Part shown: positions 11,121 to 23,048 of the stretch, piece after piece | How positions within the stretch are numbered: position 1 is the first letter of the stretch | Layout: each line of letters opens with the position of its first letter | From: Vicugna vicugna | Taxonomy: Eukaryota | Reading direction: 5' to 3' | DNA: 64,000 nt | Assembly: GCA_013265495.1 (NCBI GenBank) | Contig: MU058714.1 | Location: 186,001-250,000 of the forward strand | Notes under the pieces: model-generated | Told to the model about the DNA's origin: nothing | The model's input: only the letters and a program-made list of their open reading frames with translations | Databases searched by the model: none | Translations under genes and position numbers: made by a program

Positions 11121-13544
11121 ACACCGACTTTTATGCACCAGTGCTCCCCACCAGACACAGCCAGGTGGCTCTCAGCTGTTCCCCAAATCAGCTCCACCTT
11201 CAAAGGAACGTGTTTCCATAATTAAATACACCTTGGGCCGTGACTGTAACTCCCAAAGAGGTGTCTCAAAATGCTTCAGAGATTTGGGGCCTAAGTTTAG
11301 ACTCCCCTAAGGTGACTTCTCTGAAAAGGGCTTTTTGCCCATTTGTCCATGTACCTCCTGGGGCCTCAGGTTCACCATGGTGCTCAGGGGCCCAGAAGCG
11401 TCAGGGCTGCGGTGATGGGGCCACGCGGGGAGCTGCCGGGATGGGAGGAGAGCCTGGCCTCGCCAGGGCTGAGGGGCCAGGCACCTGACTCCCAGGGGAG
11501 AGCCTTCCCCTTGGTTCCCCAAACTCCAGACCCCACCTCTGCCTCAGACACCCTCAAAGGTGAGCAGAGCAGGGTTAGCCCCTGCTGATTCACATGAAAA
11601 CAGACAGGGGCCCCACTCAGGTGTCCCGAGCCAGCTAAAGAGGCTGACCTCGGCCCCCAGGCCCTGTGCCAGCACCTTCTCACCCTACAGGGTCACCATC
11701 GAAGCCGAGAAGTGCTGCGCGTGACGGCACCCAGGCCCCACAGCCCAGCCGGCCATGCAGCAGACGCCTCCCCTGCGGCCGGCTCAAACGCTACAAAAGG
11801 AAGACTCACGTCCTGGCCGAGTCATAGCCCCTGGCACCCGGGGGGCGGCGCCCGCTGTTGCCCCAGTGAGGGGAGCACGCTAGTGGGGACACAGGCCCAG
11901 GGCAGATCCAGTCTCCCATCCTCCCCGTACCCAGGGGAGCTCGTGCCAAGGCACTGTCCCCAGATGTGGGGCAGTGGGGGTGCTGGGTTCCCAGTGCACT
12001 GGTTCCATGAAATCCACGTTGTCTCCTAGACACGCTCCCACCATGAATGCGGACAGAGGAAGTGGGCAGTGGGGGCACAAGCTAATCACTCATTCCACAG
12101 TGCAAGCTAGCAGCCACTCAGCGGCCACCAAAGGCCACCAAGTGGCAGATTAGTAAGTCTCTGTGACACGCATTAGCCAATTCATTAGTGAAATTAATTT
12201 CCCCTCCAAACAGCTGAGATCATGTTAAAGAATGGTTTGTTGAGTTTTTTTTTTTTCTGTCATTTCCACATGCAAGGAGCAGCGTGGAGGCCGTGGCTCC
12301 TGGGAACTGAGAGGAGAGCCCTGAGACGTCACTTGCGCCCCCAGTTTCCCCATCCGCAGAGGAGGCCAAGCGCCTCTTGGGCCAGATTCCACGGGTCTCC
12401 CTAACGTCTGTCTCCTCTCTCTAGTACCCGAGTCTTTTCCTTCTTCTTCGTCTCCCCTTGGAAAATCAGGTAGGATGCACGTTGGGTTGAGCTGGATGCT
12501 GGGGACGAGATTGCATCTGTCTGGGTATAAATAATTCACTGCTTGCTGGTCAGTGGGAATTTAATTAGCTCTTGTTCTCCTGATAGAGTCAACCCACCAC
12601 TGCTAAAACATTTCACTCCGAACCAGTCTGTAAGGGGCCAACAAGGCGATGCTAATTTTACACACACGACGTCCCCCGCAGCTCCTGAAAATACACAGAC
12701 AGCACGAGGCACTGCCCAGGCTGCTGCAGCCGACTCGGCGTCTGGGGGCGCTGGGTGAAGTCCCAGGCGGCTGGAGAGAGGGGACTCGGGGAAGGGCCGG
12801 ACCCCTACTGCCTTCCATCCACAATTCCTCTCCACCTCTTCTCCTCCCAGCCACTGGATAACAGGGTCAGGGGCACGGCGTCCTGACCAGCGGATGAACG
12901 GGCCCAGGCGAGGGGCTCGCTCCTGCCCCAGGACTCCAGCAGGAAAGACTCAGTAGAGCTGCACTTTTTTCCCTTTGCTGGGCATGGCTCTGTTGGACGA
13001 CAGCCTCCCCACCTGCCTGGGGAAATCACAGCTCGGATTAGAACCTGGAGATGAGGCCCCGCGCCAGCCAGCGCACGCCCACGGCCTCCGCGGGGGCCCG
13101 AGCGCGGCAGCACGGGGTGGTGGCAGAGGGAGGCGAGGAGGCCTTTGCTTGTCCTAAACTTCCGTTTAGGAACATCTGAAATGAAGTGGGTCTCAGAAAA
13201 CAAGCCAACGGGATCAACAGCCCACAAACATCACCGCAGTAGAAAGATGCTTTTAGAATGTGGGAACGTAGTCAATGGGTCTTTGGAAAAAAAATTGAAA
13301 TCTTCAAGAAATGTCCAGTGAGAAGGAGGAGGATGAGCAGACCAGAGGCTGACTCATCTGCGGAGCAGAGACCGTCCCCGTCAGACACAGGGCTGGTGAG
13401 GCAGGAAGTGAAAGGCCGTGCTTCTGATGGGAGTGAAGGGCAACGCTCCCCCCAGCTCTCTCATTTGTTTGAGGATGAAAATAGCCACTTCTCAGCATAT
13501 TTATGTCTTTGACCTACAGAGGACATGTGACTTCATGGCATCAT

Positions 13545-13700
13545 TTAAAGAAGTGCCTGTTTCACCACAACCCTGCCAGCACTGCATGTTAGCTTTTTAC
13601 TCCGTCTTTGCTGATATAATATGGGAAAAGGGGTCCCGCTGTTTGCATTGGTGTGGATTTGATCACTAGTGCGATTAATTTTCTTTCCACATAGAAGAGG
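13545..13700 (-). mobile_element. Ancient L1 (L1ME-like) fragment
   Basis: GTGCCTGTTTCACCACAACCCTGCCAGCACTG and TTTGATCACTAGTG resemble the antisense L1 ORF2 3' region. Confidence 0.5.
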
Positions 13701-14429
13701 ACTAGAATATGTCCTCTTTTGCAGAGTGTGCTCTTTTTTGGCACTTCTCTTCTTTGGCGTTCAACCAGTATGTTCTTCAGCTGCCTGTCTGAATCCCCCG
13801 CTGGCCTGGAATTTAGGTCACAGAGCGTGTCTTTTCTCTATTTGCTCGTCCAGTGCACGCTCTCCGTCGCAGGGCAGGCACCTAGTAAATATTTGTTAGG
13901 TAAAACAGAGGATGGAATTGAGGAAGTGAGCTCTGTCATGGTCACAGAGGCATTCTTCATGCAGACGACGGGCACTGAAATAATGTTACACAGAAGAAAA
14001 ACGTCTAAGGGTAAAGGAGGGCTAACCCTGTGCCCAGCCCCTGCTCAGCACGCCACGTGTCTCGTCTCTCTGCGCCCCCACCAGCACGGCGCTCAGCCCA
14101 GGGCAGATGGGGGCCCAGGGCTTCCTTGCCCGAGGTCGCCCAGTGGGAGGGGTGATGAGCAGCATTTAACCCAGGCAGGCTGGCTCCTGCTCTCATTCTG
14201 ACCCCACCTGCACGTGTGCGGTCCAAACCCTCCTGCCTGGGCAGCCCCAGCCCGACCTGCTCTCTTTTATCCTTCTCCGTGTACTTAGGGCCAAATGAAG
14301 GAGACACAATCCCCATTATCAGGAAACCCCACGATATGCTCACCGCGCTGGGAGGAAGGCGTGCGCTGGTGCAGGCGGAGCGCCCAGCCCGCCAGGCCTC
14401 ACCAAACGGGAGGGAGGACGTCCAAAGGG

Positions 14430-15145
14430 TAATTCAGCCTCTCACCACAATCAAGGAAATGCAAATGAAAACCAGCGCGGTAACATTTCCACCTGCTAAA
14501 CTGGGGAAGATCGCGTCTCAGGATGACAGCTGTGCTGGCCGGCTTGCAGGCTGGTGCTGGCACTGCCTGACGGGCACGTGCTAATGAGGGAACAAACTTC
14601 CTAGGACCCCTTAGCAAAATGTTTCACGGCCCTCGTGACTCTTTGTGTTCCTTGAACCCAGAATCCTGCTTCTAGGAATTGATCTCACAGAAATAATCAG
14701 AGGCACAGACCAAGGTTTATGTACAGGGAAGTTAATCACAGGATTACTTCTGACATGGAAAAAAACTGGAAAGAGCCCAACCGCTGACAGGCCAGGAAGG
14801 AGGAAACGAATTATGAATTTTCGGGACATCCATGCAGCAGACTAGTCAGCAACCACTTACGGCCGCGGTTTTGGTGGCTGCTTTAAAACATGGACTGATG
14901 CTCCCCATACAGTTCTGAATGAAAATAGGACACAGACTATATATAAACATCATCCTAATCTCATCTTAAAATGCGTATTTTTTCTAAAGACTAGCAGGAA
15001 ATAAACCAAACGTGCTCAAGTACTTATCTCTGGGTGAGAAGATTAAGGTTATGGCTAAATTTTGTCCCCATTATTACACTTTGCTGTGCTTTCTCTATTT
15101 TTTACAAAGAGAAAATATTTACTATGATAATAATAAATATTTTTA
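14430..15145 (+). mobile_element. Ancient L1 (L1ME-like) 3' region
   Basis: AATCAAGGAAATGCAAATGAAAAC, ACCCAGAATCCTGCTTCTAGGAATTGATCTCACAGAAATAATC, AAAAAACTGGAAAGAGCCCAA, then an A-rich end. Confidence 0.7.
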
Positions 15146-15214
15146 AGTAGCAAAGAATAAATTTATCACATCTTTTTTTTTTTGTCTGTGGAATTCATTT
15201 TGGAAGCTTACTCA

Positions 15215-15780
15215 GCTCTTCAAAGTCCTTTTTAAAGTGGGGCATAAAGATCTGAAGACAGGACCCCAGCAGTGTCCTAACAAAGGATAGGGCAGGGTCT
15301 CCTCCTTTCTTCTGTAAACAATACTTCTATTAATACAACCTAAGGCCCCTCTGGATTTTTGATGCCACCCTATCACACTGCTGACTCACTCTGTGGCTTG
15401 CTAAGGATTATATTTGCCACCACCTAGCCCTGTCTCACCCACCACAGGCTTGGAGAGTTTGGCTATTTTGACCCAAATAAAGTACTTCCAATTTATTCCT
15501 ACTAAATTATATCTTGCTAGGTTCAACCTATCATCTTGAATGCTGAGATATATTTAAATCCTGTCTATGAGACGCACTCACCATTGCTCCCAGCTTCGTG
15601 TCATCCTCAAATTTAATAACGCTGCCACCTGTCCCTGTCTGAGTCATCAACCACCATAAAGAGCAGGAGTGTGACAATCGAGCCTCATGGCACCTTTAGA
15701 AACCCCCCTCCATGCTTTATCCCCTGTTAATCAGCTCCTATTTGCTATACAACCAGTGATGAGCATTCTGAACGAAGGTA
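15215..15780 (-). mobile_element. CR1/L3 LINE fragment including the reverse-transcriptase catalytic motif
   Basis: Minus strand 15620-15588 translates VIKFEDDTKLG, versus the CR1 RT motif KFADDTKLG. Flanking ATACTTCTATTAATACAACCTAAG and TCACACTGCTGACTCA resemble L3. Confidence 0.75.
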
Positions 15781-17424
15781 TCTGAAGACCATCAGAGTCC
15801 ACATCTGAGCCTTGCGTGCTGTGTCTGGGGCCTCCCAGTTGTTCACTAAGAGAAGAGACCAAAGCCAGCGAGTCCTCCCCAGGAGCTCCCTCCAGCACTG
15901 CGCTGCCCTGCCCGCCGGCGAGACTGTCGGGTATACGCGGGAGGACTGGGAAGGGCCAGCACGGGCCCCAGCCCAACTCGTCCACGTGCCATGCATCTCG
16001 GACCCGCGAATGGGAGAAGGGCTGAGGTTTACAGCAGATCCTAAAGCCAGACCCCGGAACTCCAGACCCTCCATTTCACACTTTCAGCCATGATGCTACT
16101 TAAAAACCACCACACAGAGAGGGCATCTGTCCCCAGGATGGACTGAATCCACTGACATAGGTGGAGCCATGCACAGCCTCCAGGCCACCCCAGCCAGGAT
16201 GCTGACCCACCTGTGGGTCCTGAGGACCTGGGGCTGCCTCGAGCCCAGCAGGAGAAGCCTTGCCACCCTTCAGAGGCAGTGTCCATGGTTCATCCATCCC
16301 TGGATCTCTGAGCACCGCCAGGAGACTTGCCCCAGACGGGACTCCTGGCAGCTCACCATGGGGTTAATGGCTTGTGGCTTGAAGCCTATCAAACAGGTTC
16401 AAGTTCAAGTTTCTGCCATGCAGTGAAGAGAGCTACCTGCAGTGTGCTTAGCTTCTTCTCAGGCAAATGATGTGGCTTGTCTGCGCCTCCATTTCCTTCT
16501 TTACAAAACGAGGCCATTGCTTTAAGGGTTCCCAAGGAGGAAGCCATCTCCTGTGCCAATGACAACAGTGTCCCCTCTGGGACTTCATCTCTGGGCTCTG
16601 ATTCACTCCAAGGCAGGGCTGGCTGAGTGAAGTCAATCAAGAAGAACTCTTTTTTCAATTCAACAAATTCAGAACTTGAAAAGCCCCTTGAAATTCATAT
16701 GTAAGAAATGGCCTGACCTTCCCCTCCACACTCTATTAAGAGATGGTTTGCAGACCAAAGCCACAGCACAAAAGCCCCCGGAAGGCTGCTTGGACGCTCC
16801 CGGGACTACCTGGGCCCCTCGGGAGCCAGGACCCAACAAAGGGCAACGCACCAAGGGGCATGGAGGCCTCGTGTCGTCTCTGCGCCCAATTCCAACACTT
16901 CGAGTAAGTCAACCCAAAGGACAAATACCCTATTCCTGTGTGACAGTCTCTAACCACCAGACTACTGTGGGCCTTCCCCAGCTCCCACTACACAAAGCCT
17001 GGGGTTAAGGCCTCTTTTCTTCAGCAACGCCCCCCATGCCCAAGGCTGCGACCCGCCAAGCTCCCCACATTCCAAACAGAGGATTCCTCCCCATCAAAGC
17101 CTGGGCACATGTGAGAGCCCCGTCCACCCCGGCTGATTTCCCACCGCAGCCACACCAAAAACCCTCCGTCTGAAGGCAACTGGCCCATAACTCAGGATCC
17201 TGCACCGAGGGCAAACCTGCCAGACCACCCCCCCCCAGTTCTAATCTGTGGGAGCAGCTGAGCTCGTGAACCCCCTGCTGCCTTCGCCTCCTAGATTCAG
17301 GGTGGGGACTTGCCAAGGGGGCGATGGGGTTCTCAGCCCACCCTTAGCTGCACACCGGCTTCTGAAGACAGCAAGGAAACCCCTCACTAGCCTCACAAAC
17401 ACACTTCTCCTTTTCTTCTTTTTT

Positions 17425-17965
17425 TGAAATATTATTATTATCTTAAAGTATCTGTAACATAAAATTTGCCATTTAACTATTTTTACAGAACAGTTCAGTG
17501 GCATTAAGTACATACACATGGTTGTGCAACCATCACCACCATCTACTTCCAATACTCCCTCATCAATCCAAACAGAAACTTTGCAGTAATTAAGCAGTAA
17601 CGCTGCCCCCTCCCTCCAGGCTCTGGCAACCACTAACCTACTTTTAGTCTCTGTGGATCTGCCAATTCTGAACATTTCACATAAATGAAATCATACAGTA
17701 TTTATCCTTTTGTGTCTGGCCCCTTTCACTTAGTGTGACGTTTTCAAAGTTCATCTGCATTGTAGCATGTGTCAAAATTTCATTCTTCTTCATGGCCGAA
17801 TACTATTCCATTGTGTGAATACACTACATTTTCTTTATCCATTCATCTATTGATGGATACTTGGGTTGTTCCTACCTTTGACTATTGTGAATAACGCTGC
17901 TATGAACACAAGTGTAACAATACCTCTTTGAGACCCTATTGTCAGTTCTTCTGGGTATATGCCAG
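17425..17965 (-). mobile_element. L1MB-like LINE 3' end
   Basis: AACATAAAATTTGCCATTT...CAGTTCAGTGGCATTAAGTACAT...GGCAACCACTAACCTACTTT...CATTCATCTATTGATGGATACTTGGGTTGTT. Confidence 0.85.
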
Positions 17966-18084
17966 TAGGTTTATTTCTTTAACCCACCAACTTGCATTTA
18001 TTCCATCTGCTGCTGCCTAGGGGTGCCTGCTGCAAACACTGGCACCAGGCACAAGATATTCTGGTGGCCAACGTGAACTTCTGA

Positions 18085-18186
18085 GGATGTCTGGATGGAT
18101 AAATAGACTGATGGATGAATGGATAGACAGTCAATGGAGGGAGGGAGGGAGGGAGGGATGGACAGGTGAATGGAAGGACAGATGAG
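18085..18186. repeat. (GGAT)/(GGGA)n low-complexity tract
   Basis: Read directly. Preceded by an L2-tail-like CTGGCACCAGGCACAAG. Confidence 0.7.
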
Positions 18187-21100
18187 TAACTACCCCACTA
18201 CCTGACTCCTCTACCCTCCCTTCCCCCTACTGACTGGCACAATACTAGTTTGAGAGTTTCTGAGTGGACAAGGCTTCCTATATCTCAAAAGTTTGTATGC
18301 AAGTGATGTTTCCAACCAAGGGTGATGGCTGCCACTGGCTCCCAAGCCCTCCTGCCCCTCAGAGTCACCTGGACAGCACTTTCCAAGTGACACTTTATGG
18401 GCCCCACCTCAAGACTCTGACCCAACAGGCAAGGAGGCAGCCCCAGTCAGTATCTCTCCCAGGCTGTCCCATGGCCCAGAGGACCAGCTGGGGCTCTGTG
18501 GTGTGGGCCTCGCTCCCCAGGACTGGGCTGGAGGGCCCTGCCGCTCTGCACAGCAGCAGCAGCGTGAGGAGCTTTTAAGAAATAGAATGTCGTGTCTTAG
18601 GAAGGATGGAGAAACCTGTAAATCACAGATAAGAGACTGACAGGACGAGGAGCAGCCCTGGGGGAAGGAACTTTTTATGAAACAGAGAGGCAGGGAGGAG
18701 AGAACAGAGCCAGAGAGCTGTGAGGAGGCTGATCTATTAGGAAGTTGCTGTCATGCTGGCTCCGCAGCCCCTGCCCTGTCCTAGCTGTCAGTAACCCACT
18801 GGAAAGGATGCTTCTCACTGCTGCAATCTCGCTCTTTGGACTGATGATTGGTGGCATCAGGTCCGAGATTCTTAAGGAGTCCCGGGGTCTCCGGCATCTC
18901 GGAGTTCCCTAAAGAAGTCAGCATTGTGGTTTCCAAATACACATGCCGAACAGGGGAAACAACAGAACATGCCTTTGTCTCAGAACAGAAGTCAAATCAC
19001 GGTCCTGGCTAACACTGGCCCAAGCAACGTCCTGACGTTGAGCCCCGCTGAGGACGCGCCTCGGCCCCGCCTCCCTCCCCAGTCCGCCTGTCCCTGAGGC
19101 TGAGGGGTCTTCCTCACCGGCTGGATGTCTTCATACACATCACACCCGGCAGCTGGTTTTCATCCCATCTGGGGGCTTCCCCACTCTCTTCCGTCACAGA
19201 AACTCTGATTGAAACTGAAGTGTGCTGGAATAATTGTATCAGGTTGTATTAAGCCTGGAGTTAAATTTGTGATACATAGTTTCAATTAAGTTTTAAGTCT
19301 CCAGTGCAGTATCTCATTTTCTCTCTCTGCCTTTCCTCAAGTGAAGGCTGTTGGTTAATCAGGGTGCAGGGAACATGGCAGAAGTTGGATATTCACGAAC
19401 TTGCCATGCAGAACCAGGCTTCCTCCTCCAGCCCCACGAAGTGTCTGACCCAAAGATGCTTCACCTGACCCCCACCAGAGGCTGCCTGGCCCCATTCTGC
19501 CCTAAGAGTAACTGAAACTCAAAGAGGCCCAGGGAGCATGGAAAACCCACACCCCCATCTCCCAGTGGACAGAAAAAGCCCCAGGGCCTGCACTCCCGGG
19601 CAGCACCCCGACCCCAGGGAGCAGCAAGCATCCCAGTGCCCCCGGCTCATTCCTCCAATACGCATTTACTGAGCACCTACTGTGTGCGGGGGCAGGAGAC
19701 CCCGCGTTGACAGCGACATCCATGTCCACCTTCAGGCCTCCAGCCCATCCTCCTTCTCCAAAGAGCACTTTTTTTGAAAAAGCAAATTCCTTCATGTCAG
19801 CCCCTTGCTTAAATTAATCAATCAAATCTACAAACACTTCCTGGGGCACAGAGGCCAGCTTCACACCCAGTGCCCCCTAAATGGGGCCCCCCGGAGGCGG
19901 TATGCCCACTCCCCTCCTTAGAGGCCCTGAAGGCATCCAGCCACGTCGATGGGGTGGGACTTAGGGAGGGGTGGGGTCCGGCAGGGGCAGGGCCAAGTCA
20001 AACCTGAAGACCCTGCAAACTGAGGTCCATACGGTGTGCTCATGGCTAAAGCACCAGCGGCAGGTGAGGGGCCAGCCTGCTCTTTCACTCTGTTGCCTAC
20101 AGCAGGTTCCAAACGTGTGCATTTTAGGCACCCATCTCAGCAGACAAACAGCAAAGGCCTGGGCAAACTCAGCAGCAGGCCCCGAGGACTAAAATAAGAA
20201 CCAAAATGCTGGAAAGCAGGACGCTTACCAACAGTGCCCGTCCCTCCTCGGAGGCACCGTCCCAGCGTCCCTCCTCAGCAGCCCCCACCTCCACCCTGCA
20301 CAGCTCGGGCGGGTAAACTGGCATTTTAGACAACAAATCCTTCAGAGTCAGTATGCCCCGTACAATACTGGGCTGTGCTCACTCTAAACAATCACTGTGC
20401 ATCTGAAATCTGAGTGGCAACCCCTCACCCTGTGGCACTTGACCCCTTTCTCCCTCGTACCTCAGTCACTGCCACCTCCTCTCTGCCCCTTCTCCACCGG
20501 AGGCAAAGGCCACCACAGGGCAACCTAGAATTCGCCCTCCTTCCCAGAGCTTTGTGAGGAGCTCTAGAAAATGAAGCAGCGGCCCCAGAAATACCTCCTC
20601 AGTGCCTGAGACAGAGGAGGAGGAGAGACAGACAAAGACCACCAACAAAGATGGAGGAGGATGGGGCAGGTGAGCCCATGCTGCCTGCCAGGGTCCTGTC
20701 CCCACACCTGCCTCTGGGCGATGCAGTCCCGAGGGGTGGCCTGAGGCTTTGGGGCGCCTGCAGGAAGGGCCTGGGAGAAGAGAGGCCCTTCAATGCTCTG
20801 CACTGGCTGGCTCCCCCCTGCAGCGCGGGAGAACAGGCACTGTTCCTTTAAGGGGCCAGACCCTCGCCATCCCACAGCTGTGGCCACTCCGAGTGAAAGA
20901 AGCTGCTGGGAGAACCACATCTGGGATTTTCCAAGGCAGTGATTCAAGCCGAGGTGTGTGCCAAACCCTCACTGTCGAGTCCCGGTGATTATTTCCGCCT
21001 TCCTATCTTCCTCCGGAATGTTCCTTCTCCCTCCCCTCCCTCCTGCATCACCTGACTCCCCTCCCCATCCTGATTCGGGTTTTCTTTATAAATCTGCCAA

Positions 21101-22099
21101 CGAGGGAAGCCAAACCAGGACGGGGGCGGGGGACGTGCACCAGCCAGAGAAAAGCGGTGTCTCCTTCTCCGTCTGGGGCAAGGACGACATGCTCTAGGAA
21201 CAAACAAGACTGCAGAGGTGGGAAACCAGGCAGGGGGGAGGGGACCATGAACTCCAGCTTCCGCAGCCCGAGAAGAAAGGGTACCCCTGCCCCGGCCCCA
21301 CCTCGGGAGCCTGCTGCCCGTGAGAAAACAAAAACGGTTCCAGGCCGCAGTTACGACTGTGGAAATCCTGCAAAGGAAAGGGGCAGACTCACTACTCCAC
21401 AGACGTGCAGCAGGGGGCTTCCAGATCAGGGGTTCTCATTTAGCAGATCCTGGAGACACAGCTACCAGGAAGAGGCATGGAGACAGGCAGCCGCATGGGC
21501 AGAGGCCCTGGGGCCCAGGAGGGACCACTGGAGCTGGCGTGAGAGACTCAGGAGACACGGCTGAGGCGCGGGGGGAGGAGGCAGGGCCGGGCGGTCGGAC
21601 CCCGTGGAGCCTCAACTATCTTCCAAAGGCCACGGGTAGCCCTTTGAGGGGTTTCAAACACAGAGTGACAAGATCAGATTTCTTTATTAAAAATATGGCT
21701 GACTTCGGCTTAGAGAAATGGGTGAGAGGTGCACCAGGAAAAGAAAGAAAAGAGTGGTTTGAATCTCCATCATTCAACTTAGAAAAAGCAAGACAAAATG
21801 AGGCTAAAAACCTGACAACTGGGGCACCTCTGTCTGAATGCTGAGATGGGGTCAAGTCACACTTCCAACATCTGGGAAAGAGAGAAGGCCCCGCCTGGGG
21901 CAGGCCTGCCGGAGCAGATTTACCAGCAGCTCAACATGCACAGATTTTAGTCTGGCCCCCTCCCCAGAGGTCTGCAAGTTATTTCCAAGATTCCCTGTGA
22001 TCTGTGCAGATCTCCTGTCTCAATTAGGCTGAAACCACCAGTCAGAGTCTGGCTCCCGAGGGGAGGTCCCCCGGTCCTGCTGAGCACCTGGAAGGACAC

Positions 22100-23048
22100 T
22101 GTGATGTTCAGTTTTATGTGCCCACTTGGCCGCAGCTCCCAGTGATTCCCTCCAACGCTGATCTAAGTGAGGCTGTGAAGGTGTGGTGCAGTTCAGCTCC
22201 CACCCACAATCAGATAACAAGACCTCCCCATAACGTGGTGGGGGACCTCCTCCAATCGATTAAAGGCCTTCAGAGCAAACACTGAGGTTTTCTGGAGAAG
22301 AAGAAATTCTGCCTCAAGCCTGCAGCATAAATCCTGACTGAGTTTCTAGGCTGCCAGCCTAGGAATTTTGGACTTGCCAGGCCTCATAATCAAGTGAGCA
22401 AATTCCTTAAAATAAATCTCTTGATATAGATAATGAAAGAGACAGAGATGGGAATAGAGATAGAGAAAGAGGTAGAGACAGAGATGATGTGGCTATGGGT
22501 GGGGATGAGGATGGGGATGGAGACAGGGATGAGAATGAGGATGGTGATGGAGATGAGGATGAGGATGGAGATGAGGATGGGGATGAGGATGGAGATGAGG
22601 ATGGAGATGAAAATGGGGATGGGGATGAGGATGGAGATGAGGATGAGGATGGGGATGAGGATGGAGATGAGGATAAGGATGGAGATGAAAATGGGGATGA
22701 GGATGGAGATGAGGATGGGGATGAGGATGGTGATGAGGATGGAGATGGGGATGGAGATGAGAATGCGAATGAGGATGGAGACAGGGATGGGAATGAGGAT
22801 GGAGGCAGGAATGGAGATGAGGAAGGGGATGAGGATGGTGATGAGGATGGGGATGAGGATGAGAATGGGGATGAGGATGGGGATGGAGATAGGGATGAGG
22901 ATGGAGATGGGGATGGAGATGGGGATGAGGATGAGAATGGGGATGAGGATGGGGATGGAGATAGGGATGAGGATGGAGATGGGGATGGAGATGGGGATAT
23001 AGAATTATCCTATCGGTCCTATTTTTCAGGAGAACTCTGACTGATACA
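22100..23048 (+). mobile_element. MLT2 (ERVL) solo LTR containing an expanded hexamer repeat
   Basis: Starts TGTGATGTTCAGTTTTATGTG. Internal GAAGAAGAAATTCTGCCTCAAG and GAGCAAATTCCTTAAAATAAATCTC. Ends TATCCTATCGGTCC...GGAGAACTCTGACTGATACA (TG...CA termini). Confidence 0.85.
22433..22998. repeat. (GGGGAT/GAGGAT/GGAGAT)n hexanucleotide array
   Basis: Read directly. Includes a perfect 72-bp tandem duplication (22849-22920 = 22921-22992). Confidence 0.95.

Noticed and set aside
9485..20230. Isolated consensus donors on the minus strand (GTAAGT at 9490-9485, GTAAGC near 20228)
   Set aside because: No matching strong acceptor upstream, and such hexamers are expected by chance.
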